Assembly: GCF_009914755.1 (NCBI RefSeq)
Contig: NC_060932.1
Reading direction: 5' to 3' (one strand)
Length of the DNA stretch: 64,000 nt
DNA from: the human T2T-CHM13v2.0 reference genome, Homo sapiens
Below are positions 13,566-29,303 of this stretch, piece after piece (within the stretch, counting starts at the first letter, position 1; every line of letters begins with the position of its first letter). The notes below the pieces were generated by a model that searched no databases, was not told the origin of the DNA, and saw only the letters and a program-made list of their open reading frames with translations. A program made the position numbers and the translations under genes.

Positions 13566-15443
13566 GTTTTTAATTTCTTGCAGTTGGCTGGCTATTTTTC
13601 TAATTTCCTATTTTTTATAGTTTGCAATTTTCCATTAATATTTTCATAGTTGTCTGCTATTTCTTTAAATGTAGTACTCATAGTTGTTTGTAATGTGTGT
13701 CTGATAATTATAGCAATATCAAGTGACTTGTATGGATATGTTCCTTGTTTTTTTTTTTTTCCTCATTCAGTTTCCTTATATCCTTATTTCCCTGATTATT
13801 ATTGACCTTTGCTGCTTGTTACAAGTAAAAAGGTATTCATGATTATCATTCATGCCTTCTTCCAGAGAAGATGTGTGCTGTGCTTATTCCTTTTAGGTAT
13901 CTATGAGTCTTATCAGTCTGGAAACATTTGAAATTAAATTATTGGCTTAGTTTGCTTGACCAGCCTAATAATGCAAATTTATACAGCAAATCCATGTGAT
14001 GTTCAGGTCGTTATTACAATTCCATATGGTTTGGCCTGGAAATTTCTTTTCCTCTCATTTGACATTCAGTGCTTTTACAATGATTTTTTATTCTTTCCTG
14101 AGCATTTTTAGTTGTTAATTGAAAGGTTGGTCTAAATAGTAAGTTCTACCATTTTGTCAGAAATGGATGTCCTACAAGTTCTTTAGACTTTTTCCAATTT
14201 CATTAGTCATTAGTCTTTGTATAAATATTTTTGTAAGGAAATGTATGAGATTTGTGAGCAGCATAAAAACACAAAATAATAATTACCAAATAATAATGAA
14301 TGAAAGAAATATGTTGAATGTAATTGTATAAAATCATTTCATTCTCCTGGTCATTAAAATGGATTTATACAAAATTGTTGGTTGATAGAGTCATTCTGAA
14401 AGTCTTCATAATAGCACACAAAACCGTTGATTGATAGAGTCATTCTGAAAGTCTTTATATACCAGTAGACTTTCAGCTTGATGTTGTAGAATAGATAGAA
14501 TATAGCTCAGAAAGGAAGGAGTCAGATTATCTAGGTCAGGGAAAACAGCAAGATACGGAGGGGGAGGTGAATAATGTTTTAAACAAGCAGTTTTCGGAAA
14601 GGAAACTAACCTGACTAGTTCTTGTCTAAAGTAATGGGAAATATTATAGGATATAAGTAAGGTTGTTCTAGGTTCTGAATAGCTCAGAAAACTCAACAAT
14701 AAAATTTAGTAAAATAGTGGGAAGTCTTATATAGAGAGGGAGAAAGCAAAACATTTTTTGGAGACATGTTCTGCCTAAGTATTTGGAAGCCATTAAGTTG
14801 TTAATAATTCCTATTATATACATAAAAATCTTTAGTCTCCATTATGTAATGCTACCAGGAACCTTTCTGCCTGTTTCCTGCCTAAAGACTTGACCTCTCA
14901 ATATGTAATAGGCCACATCAGCGCACTTTGTTTATGCTAATCATTTTGCTCTTTTTTGATTGTACAGTTTGAGTGGGTCAGCAGTCTTGTTTCCTAATCT
15001 GATTTTATTAACTCTGTTTTTATAGACATAACTCTCGTAGTTTAACAAATTTTTGTTAGAGCTTGTTTTCCCTATTGCTATAATTTTAAGTCTTTTCTAA
15101 TGTCTGTCTTTCTCTCTATATATATATATAGTGGCCCAGATGCCCTTTTAAACCAGAAGCACCTCTAAGGTTTTAAAAAATCAGTATCATTATATGGTTC
15201 ATCTCCCAAAGTCTCATAGACATTTGTTAATTTGAAAGACATTTACTGAAGGTTTTGGTTTTCTATTTTTCAGGTGCTGGCATAATACTGCAAAACGTGA
15301 ATGCTACTTTTTTTGTGTGACCGTTTATCAAGATTTAACTTTTTAAAAATTCACATACAGAGTTAGAAGGATATAATGTTTGACTTCAAAATTGGTTTTA
15401 GCTAGCTATTTTTGGTAGTAGTGCATCTTAAATTTTATATTGA

Positions 15444-15797
<354 letters not shown>

Positions 15798-16610
15798 TTA
15801 AAACCAATTTTTCACATGAAATCTTGATACCGTATTGGGCTACATTCCAAGCACATATGCAAGTACGATTTTCACCTTATGGTTGAAGCATTGGGCTAGA
15901 ACCAGCATGAGTCTAAATTCCTGCTCTGCTGTGAAGTTGGGGCATAACCCTGGGCAAGTTCATTTCTTGCTATTGAAGCAGGTGATCAGTAAGATACTTT
16001 TATTGTCAGGTAACTGAGCAAAATTTGGCTCAAAAAGAGAAAGTAAAATAAAATTAATAAAGATATCTCTTTAGAGGAGTAGAGAAATATAAAAATCCAA
16101 GATAAGCTGAAAGATCTTAGGTCAATGCATACTCCATTAATTTAAGATGGTCTGGTGAGGATCGTGAAGCCAGAATTAGCTCTTTCTCTTCATATCAGGG
16201 AAATCCATAATGCAGCTGTTGTAAAACTTGTTCAGGTCCTAGGTCATCTTACGGTTTTTATCAGTAGGAAATATGGCTGAATTATATATATGGAATATAA
16301 AAACACATCCAGGAACATATAAAAATCTTGACCTTTAAAGCTGCACCATAGCTGTTTCTAAGTTTTTCTACTAATGTTTGTTTGGTGTTTAAAATCTTAA
16401 CTTTGAGGAAGTTTTTTCCGTTAGACCTTTTTTTCTTTTTCCTGTGAACTGAAAAAGTTGCTGTTAGTTTGTTTTAGCAGTGGAGCATCTGAGAGGGAGT
16501 CTAGTTTGGAAAACCTTTGAGGTGATATATTTTAATCTATACTTCCTCAATTTGTATAATTCAGTAGAAAAGACTGTTCATTTAAGGGAATGTGAGCTGT
16601 TTCTTTCCGA

Positions 16611-16790
16611 TTATTTTTTTACTGTGGTATAATACATGTAGCATAAACTTTACCATCTTAATCGTTTTTAAGAATACAATTCAGTGTATACTTACAAGTG
16701 TTTTAATACATTAATGATGTGCAACCATCATCACCATTCATTTCCACAACTCTTTTCATCTTGTAAGGCTGAAATCCTAAACCCAAAGAA
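16611..16790 (-). mobile_element. L1MB-type 3' end fragment
   Basis: ACTGTGGTATAATACATGTAGCATAAACTTTACCATCTTAA...GTGCAACCATCATCACC. Confidence 0.7.
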
Positions 16791-16868
16791 TGTTAAGTTT
16801 TGAACCACTACTTTACAATCCATAATCAAAAAGTGATGTTGATTAATATTTTTTTTCCATTATTTTAG

Positions 16869-16968
16869 TATAAACCACCCGCACTTAAAAAGTCAAATTC
16901 TCCTGGAACTGCATCATCAGGATCTTCACGATTACCGCAGCCAAGTGGCGCTGGCAAAACTGTTGTAG
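16869..16968 (+). CDS. ZC2HC1A: ZC2HC1A coding exon (~exon 6), 100 nt
   Basis: TTTTAG|TATAAACCA...GTTGTAG|GTAATG; encodes YKPPALKKSNSPGTASSGSSRLPQPSGAGKTVV; phase 0 to 1. Confidence 0.95.
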
Positions 16969-17144
16969 GTAATGATAGCCGAAAAGCAACTTGATTTGTT
17001 TTTGAAACCATGTTGGCAGAGCAGGAAATAAAGATAGTGGTCTATTCTGGAATATTAAGATAGATTTATAATTAAGAAGAGATGTAGAAGTTAAGTAATT
17101 ATTTTTTAAAATAAGATAACTTTGAGTAGTTTCTACTTTTAACC

Positions 17145-17441
<297 letters not shown>

Positions 17442-17874
17442 ACTTTTTTGTTGTTTTTTTCAGCTTAAATGTTGGCCCCAGATGTTGTTATTGATGTCAT
17501 CTGTTCAGAATAGTCAGCCCAGTACTTCCTTGATTCTTTGATCCAGCATTTTCCTCTCATTTTATGCTAGCTCTTCATAGCTTTCTGAACTGGGCAATTG
17601 TTCGTAGTAGTCAAACACTTAATAGTTAGAAGAAGATATTGACCACTGACATGTACCTTTATTTATATATCAATTATAAGAGGGACATTTAGAAACTAGA
17701 AATGAAGGATGCTATATGTCGTCCTCTGGAAATGCCATTTAAAAAATGTCTTCAATGAAAACTTGATTTATAGTTGCAAAGATTATTACTAAAGCATTGT
17801 TTCCTTTGTTAGATGCTCTGTTTTATGTAACCTTTTTTAGAGTATTGTTAAAAATAATGCTTTTTTATTATAAG

Positions 17875-17974
17875 GTGTTCCTTCAGGTAAAGTGTCTTCA
17901 AGTAGCAGCTCTTTGGGAAACAAACTTCAGACCTTATCTCCCTCTCATAAAGGGATAGCAGCCCCTCATGCAGG
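17875..17974 (+). CDS. ZC2HC1A: ZC2HC1A coding exon (~exon 7), 100 nt
   Basis: TAAG|GTGTTCCT...GCAGG|GTAAGT; encodes (G)VPSGKVSSSSSSLGNKLQTLSPSHKGIAAPHA; phase 1 to 2. Confidence 0.95.
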
Positions 17975-20900
17975 GTAAGTCTACACTGGATATAATTATT
18001 AGTGGTATATAATTAAACGATACTAAGGTTTTGTTATGTTTTGATAATTGCTTTTTCATTCATCTTCATTTCCTAAGTTCATTTGTCTTTTAACATTTTG
18101 CTGGTCAGGAGCACACTCACTGCTGTTGAGTATCTAAATTTGTATAACCATTTTAGAAAATAATCTGGTATTAAAAGCCTTAGAAATCATAGCTTAAATT
18201 GAATAATTTTACTTCTGGGAATTTAGTCTAAGGAAATAATTTGAAATGTTGACGATTTTTATACTAACTATAATTTACTAAGCACTATGTATCAGGCACT
18301 GTGCTAGACATTTTGCATATATTTTTGTTAAAACCACTTCATAATCAAGAGAAAAGAAGATCAGAGAAGCTCAGTTTGCTCAAAGCCACATAGCTGTTAA
18401 AGTTAGACGCAATATATAAATTGGGATATCTTTGACTGTAAACACTGGACTCTTTTCACGTTTTTATTATAATGTTAGAAATAAATAAAATCACCAAAAT
18501 GTCTAGCTTTGTTTGAATAGTAAATTATGAAAATCTATAAAGGGATATTTTGCAACTATAGTATGTATATAAATTTTAATAAGGTGATTCTGTTAAGAGG
18601 AAAATGTTAGCTACTGAACTCCATGTGTAGTATGATAGAAGCAGTGGGGTGATTCTCTTAATTTAATCCTTTTTTATATTTTTCTACTGTTATATTTACG
18701 TGGCTTTTAATGAAGTATATAATTAAACTTTCAATAGTTATGGGAAAAATTGTAACAGTGGAGATATTAATATAGAGCCATATATTTTTAGAAATTTACT
18801 TATTTTTTATTTTGATAAATCAGAAAATTAAGGGATTACCACAGGACCATTAGAATGAAGGTGTATGTCTATATCTTTACATATACTGGTTCAGTTGATT
18901 AATGAAATACAGCACACATTATTTTCTTTTTTTAATTTTAACTTTTAAGTTCAGGGATACAAGTGCAGGTTTGTTACATAGGTAAACTTGTGTCATAGGG
19001 AGTTTGTTGTATGCATTATTTCATCATCCAGGTATTAAGCCTAGTACCCATCAGTTATTTTTCCTGATTCTCTCTCTCCTCTTATCCTCCACCCTCCAAA
19101 AGACTCCAGTACGTGTTGTTCCCCTCTATGTGTCCATGTAGTCTCATAATTTAGCTTCCACTTATAAGTGAGAACATGCAGTATTTGGTTTTCTGTTCCT
19201 GTGTTAGTTTCCTAAGGATAATGGCCTCCAGCTCCATTCATGTCCCTCCTAAGGACATGATCTAATTCCTTTTTATGGCTGCATAGTATTCCATGGTGTT
19301 TATGTACTATATTTTCTTTATCCAGTATATCATTGATGGACATTTAGGTTGATTCCATGTCTTCAGTATTATGAATAGTGCTGCAGTGAACATATGTGTG
19401 TGTCTTTATAATAGAATGATATATATTCTTCTGGGTATATACTCAGTAATGGGATTGCTGGGGGAAATGGTAGTTCTGTCTTTAGGTCTTTGAGGAATTG
19501 CCACACTGTCTTTCACAGTGGCTGAAGTAATTTACATTCCCACCAGCAATGTATAAGCATTCCTTTTTTCTCCACAACCTCACCAGTGTCTGTTATTTTT
19601 TGTCTTTTTAACAGCAGCCATTCTGACTAGTGTGAGATAATACCTCATTGTGGTTTTGATTTGCGTTTCTCTAATGATCAGTGATGTTGAGCTTTTTTTC
19701 ATATGACAGTTGACCGCATGTATGTCTTCTTTTGAAAAGTGTCTGTTCATGTCTGTTGTCCACTTTTTAATGGGATTGTTTGTTTTTTTTCTTGTAAGTT
19801 TCTTTTTTTCTTGTAAGTTTGTTTTTTTCTTGTAAGTTTGTTTGTTAAATTATAGATGCTGGGTATTAGACTTTTGTTGGATGCATAATTTGCAAATATT
19901 TGCTCCCATTCTGTAGGTTGTCTGTTTACTCTGTTGATAGTTTCTTTTGCTATGCAGAAACTCTTTAGTTTAATTACAGCCCATTTGTCAATTTGTGTTT
20001 TTGTTGCAATTGCTTTTGGCATCTTCATTATAAAATCTTTGCTGCTGCCTGTGCCCTGAATGGTATTGGCTAGGTTGTCTTCCAGGGTTTTTATAGTTTT
20101 TGGTTTTACATTAGTCTTTAATCCATCTTGTGTTAATTTTTGTATATGGTGGAAGGAAGGGATCCAGTTTCAGTCTTCTGCATATTGCTAGCCAATTATC
20201 CCAGCACCTTTTATTAAATAGGGAATCCTTTTTCCATTGCTTATTTTTGTCAGGTTTGTCAAATATCAGATAGTAGTAGGTGTGTGGTCTTACTTCTGGG
20301 CTTGCTATTCTGTTCCACTGGTCCATGTTCCAGTACCATGCTGTTTTGATTACTGTAGCCCTGTAGTATAGCTGGAAGTCAGGCAGCATGATGCCTCCAG
20401 CATTGTTCTTTTTGCTTAGAATTACCTTGGCTAGTTTGACTCATTTTTTATTCTATATTAATGTTGAAATAGTTTTCTCTGGTTCTGTGAAGAATGTCAC
20501 TGATAGTTTAATGGGAATAGCATTGAATCTATAAATTGCTTTAGGCAGTATCACCATTTTAACAATATTGATTCTCCCTATCCATGAGCATGGAATATTT
20601 TTTCATTTATTTGTGTCATCTTTAATTTCTTTGAGCATTGGCTTGTAGTCCTCCTGGTATAGATCTTTCACCTCCCCAGTTACCTGTATTCTTAGGTATT
20701 TTATTCTTTTTGTGGCAATTGTGAATGGGAGTTTGTTCCTGATTTGGCTCTCTGCTTAGCTGTTATTAGTGTATAGGAATGCTAGTGATTTTTGCACATT
20801 GATTTTAGAATCCTGAGACTTTGCTAAAGTTGCTTATCAGGTTAAGAAGCTTTTGGGCTGATATAATGGGGTTTTCTAGATACATGATCATGTCATCTGC

Positions 20901-22324
20901 CAGCAGGGATAGTTTGACTTCCTCTCTTCCTATTTGGATGCCCCTTTATTTCTTTCTCTTGCCTGATTGCACTGGCCAGAACTTCCAAAACTATGTTGAA
21001 TAGGAGTGGTGAGAAAGGGCATCTTTGTCTTGTGCCAGTTTTCAAGGGGAATGCTTCCAGCTTTTTCCCATTCAGTATGATGTTGGCTGTGGATTCGTCA
21101 TAAGTGGCTAATATTTTGAGGTATGTTCCTGCAATACCTAGTTTATTGAGAGTTTTTAACGTGAAGGGATGTTGAATTTTATTGAAAACCTTTTCGTCAT
21201 CTATTAAGATAATCATGTGCTTTTTGTCTTTAATTTTGTTGTGATGAATAGCATTTATTGATTTGCATATGCAGAGTCAACCTTGCATCCCAGGGATGAA
21301 GCCTACTTGATCCTGGTGGATAAGCTTGTTGATGTGCTGCTGGATTTGATTTGCTAGTATTTTGTTGATGTTTATCAAGGTTATTGGCCTGAAGTTTCCT
21401 TTTTTGTTGTGTCTCTGCCAGGTTTTGGTATCAGGGTGATGCTGGCCTTATAGAATGAACTAGAGTTGAGTCCCTTCTTCTCAATTTTTTGGAATAATAT
21501 CAGTAGGAATTGTACCAGTTCTTTGTGCATCTAGTAGAATTCAGCTGTGAATCCATCTGGTCCTGGGCTTTTTTCAATTGGTAAGCTATTTATTACTGCC
21601 TCAGTTTCAGAACTCGTTATTTGTCTGTTCAGGGATTCAATTTCTTCCTGGTTCAGTCTTGGGAGGGTGTAGGTGTCCAGGAATTTATCCATTTCTTCTA
21701 GATTTTCTAGTTTATGTGTATTGAGGTATTCATAATATTCTGTGATGACTTGTATTTCTATGGGGTCAAGTGGTAATACCCCTCTTGTCATTTCTGATTG
21801 TGTTTATTTGAATATTCTCTATTTTCTTCTTTTTAGTGTAGCTAGCAGCCTATATATTTTATCAATTTTTTAAAAAGCAGCTCCTAGATTTGTTGATCTT
21901 TTGAATGGTTTTTCATGTATCTTCTTCAGTTTAGCTCTGATTTTGACTATTTCTTGTCTTCTGCTAGCTTTGGGATTTGTTTGTTCTTGTTTTTCTAGTT
22001 CTTTTAGTTGTGATCTTTGGTTGTTAACTTGAGATCTTTCTAACTTTTGATGTGGGCATTTAGTCCTATAAATTTCCCTTTTACACTGCCTTAGCTGTGT
22101 TCTAGAGAGTCTGGTATGTTGTTTCTTTGTACTCTAAGTTTCAAAGCACTTCCCGATTTCTGCGTTAATTTCATTATTTATCCAAAAATCATTCAGGAGA
22201 AGGTTATTCAATTTATATGTAGTTGTAGGGTTTTGAGTTAATTTCTTAATCTTGATTTCTAATTTAATTGTTCTGTGGTTTGAGAGAATATTTGTTATGA
22301 TTTCAGTTCTTTTGCTTTTACTGA

Positions 22325-22661
<337 letters not shown>

Positions 22662-23565
22662 ATGTGATCAATTTTAGAGTATGTGCCAGATGGTGATGAG
22701 AACACTATTCTGTTGTTTTAGGGTGGAGAATTCTGTAAATATCTATCAGGTCCATTTGATCCAGTGCTGAGTTCAGGTCCTAAATATTTATTTGTTAATT
22801 ATCTGTCTTGATAATCTGTCTAATATTGTCAGTGAGGTGTTAAAGTCTCCCACTATTATCGTGTGAGAGTCTAAGTCTCATTGAAGGTCTCTAAGAACTT
22901 GGTTTATGAATCTGAGTGCTCCTGTGTTGGGTACATTTGTATTTAGGATAGTTAACTTTTCTTGTTAAATTGAACCCTTTACCATTATGTAATACCCTTC
23001 TTTTTTTTTTTTTTTTTAAATCTTTGTTGGTTTAAAGTCTGTTTTATCAGAAATTAGGAGTACAACCCCTGCTTTTTTCTGTTTTCCATTTGCTTGGTAA
23101 ATTTTTCTCCATCCCTTTATTTTGATCCCATGTGTGTCATTGCATGAGATGGGTCTCTTGAAGACAGCATACCAATGGATCGTGGTTCTTTATCAAAATA
23201 CTTGCCACTCTGTGTCTTTTAATTGGGTCATTTAGCCCATTTACATTTAAGACTAGTATTGATGTGTGTGGATTTGATTGTCATAATGATGCTAGCTGGT
23301 TATTTGGCAGACTTGTTTATGTAACTAACAGTTTTACAGTATTACTGGTCTGTGTACCTCATTGAGTTTTTGTAGTGGCTCGTAATTGTCTTTTCTTTCC
23401 ATATTTAGTGCTTCCTTCAGGAGCTCTTGTAAGGCAGGTCTGGTGGTAACAAATTCCTACAGCATTTGCTGGTCTGAAAAAGGTTTTATTTCTCCTTCAC
23501 TTATGAAGCTTAGTTTGGCCTGATATGAAATTTTGAGTTGGAATTTCTTTTCTTTAAGAATGTTA

Positions 23566-23936
<371 letters not shown>

Positions 23937-26799
23937 TTAGTCTGATGGGCTTTCCTTTGTAGGTGACCTGGCCTTTCTCTCTAGCTGCCTTTAACATTTC
24001 TTCTTTCATTTCAGTCTTGGAGAATCTGATGATTATGTGTCTTGTGGATGATCATCTCATGAGTATCTTACTGGGGTTCTCTACATTTCCTGAATTTGAA
24101 TGTTGGCCCATCTAGCTAGGTTAGGAAAGTTCTCATGGATGACATCCTGAAATATGTTTTTCAAATTGGTGCCATTCTCCTCATCTCTTTCAGATATACC
24201 GGTCAGTCATAGATTTGGTCTTTTTATATAATGTCACACTTCTTGGAGCTTTTGTTCATTCCTTTTCATCCTTTTTTTCTCTATTCTTGTCAGCGTGTCT
24301 TATTTCAGAAAGCCAGTCTTCAAGCTCTGAGATTTGTTCTTCGCTTGGTCTCTTCTGCTATTAATACTTGTGATTCCATTATGAAATTCTTGTAGTGTGT
24401 TTTTCAGCTTTATCAGGTTGGTTATGTTCTTCTCTATACTGGCTATTTCATCTGTTTGCTCCTGCAGTGTTTTATCATGATTTTTAGCTTCCTTTCATTG
24501 GATTACAATGTATTGCTTTAGCTCAGTGAACTTCGTTCCTGTCCATATCCTGAATTCTGCTTCTTTCATTTCAGCTGTCTCAGCCTCAGCCTGATTCTGA
24601 GGAGATTCTCAGCCTGATTCCTGTTGGAGAGGTGATGCGGTCACTTGGAGGAAAAGAGGGCACTCTGGCTTTTTAAGTTTTCAGCATACTTGTGCTGATT
24701 CTTTCTCATCTTTGTGAGCTTACCTAACTTCAGTCTTTGAGGCTGCTTACCTTTGGATGGGTTTGTTTTTTTGAACAACTCTGGCTACTTTTCCATAGGG
24801 CTGCTTGTGTATGCTGGGTGTCCACTCCAGTCACTAGTCACCTTGGATTTTTCAGTAGCTGGAGGTGTCACCAGTGAAGGCTACAAATCAGCAAAGGTAG
24901 TGGCCTGCCCCTCCTCCTGGGAGCTTCATTTTAGGGATGCCTCAAACCTCTGTCAGCCAAAGAACACCTGTGGGTGTGGCTGAAGACTCCAGTTGGGAGG
25001 CTCCACCTGGTGATGAGGAATGGGACTGGGAACCTGCTTAATAAAGCAGTCTGGCCACATTTTTATGGGACCACTGTGGTGTGCTGTTGTACCACTTCCA
25101 CCTCTGGGTCGGCATGGGCTCTCCAAACCCCAGAGACTGAAACTGCTAAGTTGCCCAAACAGCAAAGATGATGGCCTGCACACCCTGTGGGAGTTCTATC
25201 CCAGGGACTGTGCAAATCTCTGTAGGCCAGAGAACACCTGCAGGGCTGGCTGGAGGTCCCAGTTGGGAGGTTCTTTCCAGTGAGGAGGGGCAATATTGGG
25301 GACTTACTTAAAGAAGCAGTGTGGCCACACTTTCCTAGAGCAGCTGTGTTGTGCTGGGTTACCACTTTCGTCCCAGTTGGCTTTGGCTCTCTGTGGGCCA
25401 GAGAATACCAGCAGGGATGGTTGGAGGTCCCAGTTGTGAGGTCCTGCTCTGTGATGAGGAATGGATTGGGAACCTGCTTAACCAGCAGTCTGACCACATT
25501 TTGGTAAAGAAGTCATGCTATGCTGGGGAATCCTCTCTGCCTCTGGTTGGTTTGTACTCTCCAAAGCCTGCAGAACAGCTGAGTCACCCAAACAGCAAAG
25601 ATGGCAGCCTGTCCCTTCCCCTGGGAGTTCCATCCCAGGTAGGCTCAAAACTGCTACTGGTGGCTGGCTGGAATTCCAAGCCAGTGGGTCTTATCCTGTG
25701 AGGTGTTATGAAAGTGAGACCTGCAGACTGTCTCTACTTGGTCCTCTTGATTCAGCCTTTTTTCCTAAGGGTATGTACGGGGGTCTAACATCCTGCTTTG
25801 CTGGAGTTGCAGTTACTTTTGCTGGGAAGTTTGGAGTTCCTGGGTCTTTGCCTGTGCCGGAGCAGCTGCTCTGCCAAGACTCCCCATATCTGTATGTCAG
25901 ACTGAAGGCTCTAGTGGAGTGGCTTCACAAGGGCGTCTCTTGACCCAAGGGTTGCAAAGATCCGTTGGAGAAGCGTGGTTTCCCAGGGTCACACGTTCAC
26001 TCACTGCTTCCCTGGGCCAGAGAGGTTCACCTTGCTCTGTGTCGCTCCAAGGTGGGCTGTCATCCTGCCTCTCTTTTCTTTGTTCTCTGTGGGTCAAGTT
26101 GTTTCCTTGATTAGTCCCAATGCAAGTACATGGATGTTTCAGATGAAGGTGCTGTATTTACTCACCCCTTTTCCTGTTATTTTCAAGTGTAAGTTATATG
26201 TGGCTCACATTCATTTTGGTTTTTATGTGGGAAATATATACAAAGATATCTGTCAAATGATAGTAACTACATTTTGCTTCTCAATTCAGACTACATAGAA
26301 AATGGAAGACCTAAAGGAATATAATGTAATTATCATTATAGAAAAGGAAAAAAAAATCAACCAACAATATCTTTTGAGTTAAGTGATTTTTCTTATTGTT
26401 GTGCTTCCAAAAACAAGAGACAGGCTATCCATAAGAAAGAGACAGTTTATCAGTAGATCAGGTAGTTGAAAAGTAAAAAAATTTTATCTTTTAGTGGTAA
26501 GAAACTGATCTGATTTATTTTCTTCTCCAATGAGTTGACTCATTGGATGATTAAGTGAAGTATAGACATAGCAATATGTGCTTTAATTTTACAAAGTCAT
26601 TTTACCATATCACAGAGAATTGGCCTCCATGTTAGGTAACAATATTTGTTCATAGTGTTGTTTATAGTTTCACTTACAGTTGATCATAGATTAAAAGCTG
26701 ATATTTTTCAGTATTTCTATAGTACTGGCAATTTTATCAGTTGGCAATATTAAATTGTACTGACACAGTATTCCTAGATAGGACGTGTAAAGCTGGCTG

Positions 26800-26885
26800 G
26801 TGTAATGAAGAGAGGCGCTGACCTTGGAGTTAGAAGACTAGGTTTCTGCATCATAATCTGCCACTAAATAGCTTTGGGCATGTAT
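26800..26885 (+). mobile_element. MIR fragment
   Basis: TTGGAGTTAGAAGACTAGGTTTCTG...TCTGCCACTAAATAGCT resembles the MIR core. Confidence 0.55.
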
Positions 26886-27862
26886 CTCTTTGTCATGCTG
26901 TGACATATTGTCTGACTGTGACAACATCTGTGACTCTGGTTAGACCTTGACAACTGATCCAAGAAAATCTGACCAACATACCTGGTTACTAATGGAAAAT
27001 ATGCTTTTGCTAACAAGCAGAGATTTTGAGTACAATAATTTTGTCAGTTGTGCATTGCTTATGATGAATGCCATGAAGAATACATATTTTTTGGCTATCC
27101 CACATCATATATAACTGTCAATCATACCTGTTCAAATTCTGATTGTCCATTCTGTATAAGATCCTTGCAGATTAAAGGAAGCTTTCCAACTACTGGAAAG
27201 AGAGCTGTGGAGCTCATTTCTACCAATATATTACTATATTAACTGGAACATTATGTTACTGTATTAAATTAGAACCATTCATAGCTGTCTATTTAGTGAC
27301 AGAGTTCCTTCCTTTTTTTTTCTTTTTTTTTTTTTAAGAATTAGTGAAGTAATGATTTGTTTCTCTTGCTAGATTGTAAGCTCCATGATGGCAAAGACTA
27401 TGTCTGCCTTGCTTCCATTTGTAACTAAAATCTAGCAGAATGCCTAGGCTAACAAAAAATTTTTGGTTAAGTGAAAAAAGATAATAAATTAATTCCCTCA
27501 TCTGTTAATCTATTGGCATGTCACAGAATTATCATCTGGTACCAGTGAAAGAATTACTTAAAGTTTGTATGACAACTGTTATTTCGATTTATACAGATGA
27601 TTCAGGATTGAGTAAAGGTTGAATTAAGACATTTGGTCAGGTGTAATGCTCAATAAATTGAGCATTCGCTGAGATTAGTAAATGCTGTTATTTCAGTGGA
27701 TTGCAATTATTTAAAGTCTGGTGTATGTAATCTTTATTGTAGTCCACTTTAATCAGGCATACCAGTGATCTGTAATAGAATCATGCCACAAAGAGATTTA
27801 TTTTTACACTCAGAAAAATTCTCATATGTTTGGTTGTTTGCTTCTAGACAGTTTGTGGATTA

Positions 27863-28010
27863 GGCCAGGTGCAGTGCCTCACACCTGTAATCCCAACACT
27901 TTGGGAGAGTGAGGTGGGAGAGTCGCTTGAACCCAGGAGTTTGAGACTTGCCTGGGCAACATAGTAAGAACTCGTCTCCATTAAAAAAACAAAAACAAAA
28001 ACAACCTTTT
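27863..28010 (+). mobile_element. Alu monomer (FLAM/AluJ)
   Basis: GGCCAGGTGCAGTGCCTCACACCTGTAATCCC...CCTGGGCAACATAGTAAGA plus A-rich tail. Confidence 0.85.
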
Positions 28011-28142
28011 TAAACCTTTTTTTAAATGTAAAAAAAAGCAATCAAATCAATTTCTAGGTCAATTTTAACAGATTTGTTTAAAAAACAACAAAACACACCC
28101 AAGTAGAAAGTTTTTCCCTTCTTCTAAAAGATGATTATCTTT

Positions 28143-28432
<290 letters not shown>

Positions 28433-29084
28433 AAAAGATGATTATCTTTAATACCAGGAAATTTTAGAAATACAGTGAAACACAGATCTTTTAAATAAAT
28501 ATTTCCCCATTTGAATTGTTCCCTAGAGTTTACACAGTTGTACCTTATTACCAGTTTAAATGGATATCTCAGTTAATAATTTTCAATAGTGAAACTATCA
28601 AATATCAGAGATTTACTTCCTTTTAGTTACTATGAAAAGCACATTTACTTTGGAGAGCAACTGTAATACACCTAAAATTAGAGCAACCAAAGGCATGTAT
28701 GGAGCATTTTTTAATTTAAAAAATTGCATTTTGTTTCTCATACCTTATTTAAAACATTAAGAAGTAAATGTCTTTAGTTTTTGAGTACATTTTTATATGA
28801 ATAGGAAACATGCTGTTTTCATAATCCAGTCTTTTGATGTGTGTGAAATGAATTTGTGTGGAGCGTTATGTGAATTTTTATGAACTTATCTTTTATTGTT
28901 GATCTAGAAATGCTTGTGATAACCTAGAATTCCAGACCTCGGTTTCTTATGTGGATAACAATGATTGGAGATTTTGGATAGGGAGCTAACTTTGCTGTGG
29001 AATTGAGATACTAATTATTTGTGTAGGATTGATAAATTTAGGATCAAAAGTAGAGGTATGACACATTTCAAAACTGCCTTAGAG

Positions 29085-29303
29085 CAGGGGGGTGTTCAAT
29101 CTTTTGGCTTCCCTGGGCCACACTGAAAGAAGAATTGTCTTGGACCACATATAAAATACACGAACGCTAATGATAGCTGATGAACTAAAAAAAAAAAAAA
29201 AAATTTCATAATGTTTTAAGAAAGTTTACGAATTTGTATAGGGCCCCATTCAAAGCCATCTTGGGTGGCATGTGGCCTGTGAGCTGCTGGTTGGACAAGA
29301 TTG
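29085..29303 (+). mobile_element. MER30 hAT-Charlie MITE
   Basis: CAGGGGGGTGTTCAATCTTTTGGCTTCCCTGGGCCACAC...TTGGACAAGATTG; 8-bp TSD CCTTAGAG / CCTTATAG. Confidence 0.88.

Noticed and set aside
14382-14455. CRISPR-like repeat-spacer-repeat
   Set aside because: Only two repeats, eukaryotic context, no cas genes
24753-26298. Many ORFs up to 144 aa on both strands
   Set aside because: GC-richer L1 5'UTR repeats lack stops by composition; the same applies to 63436-63997
27048-27242. Cys-containing ORF after TTTGTCAG
   Set aside because: Wrong phase for the upstream ZC2HC1A donor (in phase it stops after ~22 codons); no good donor
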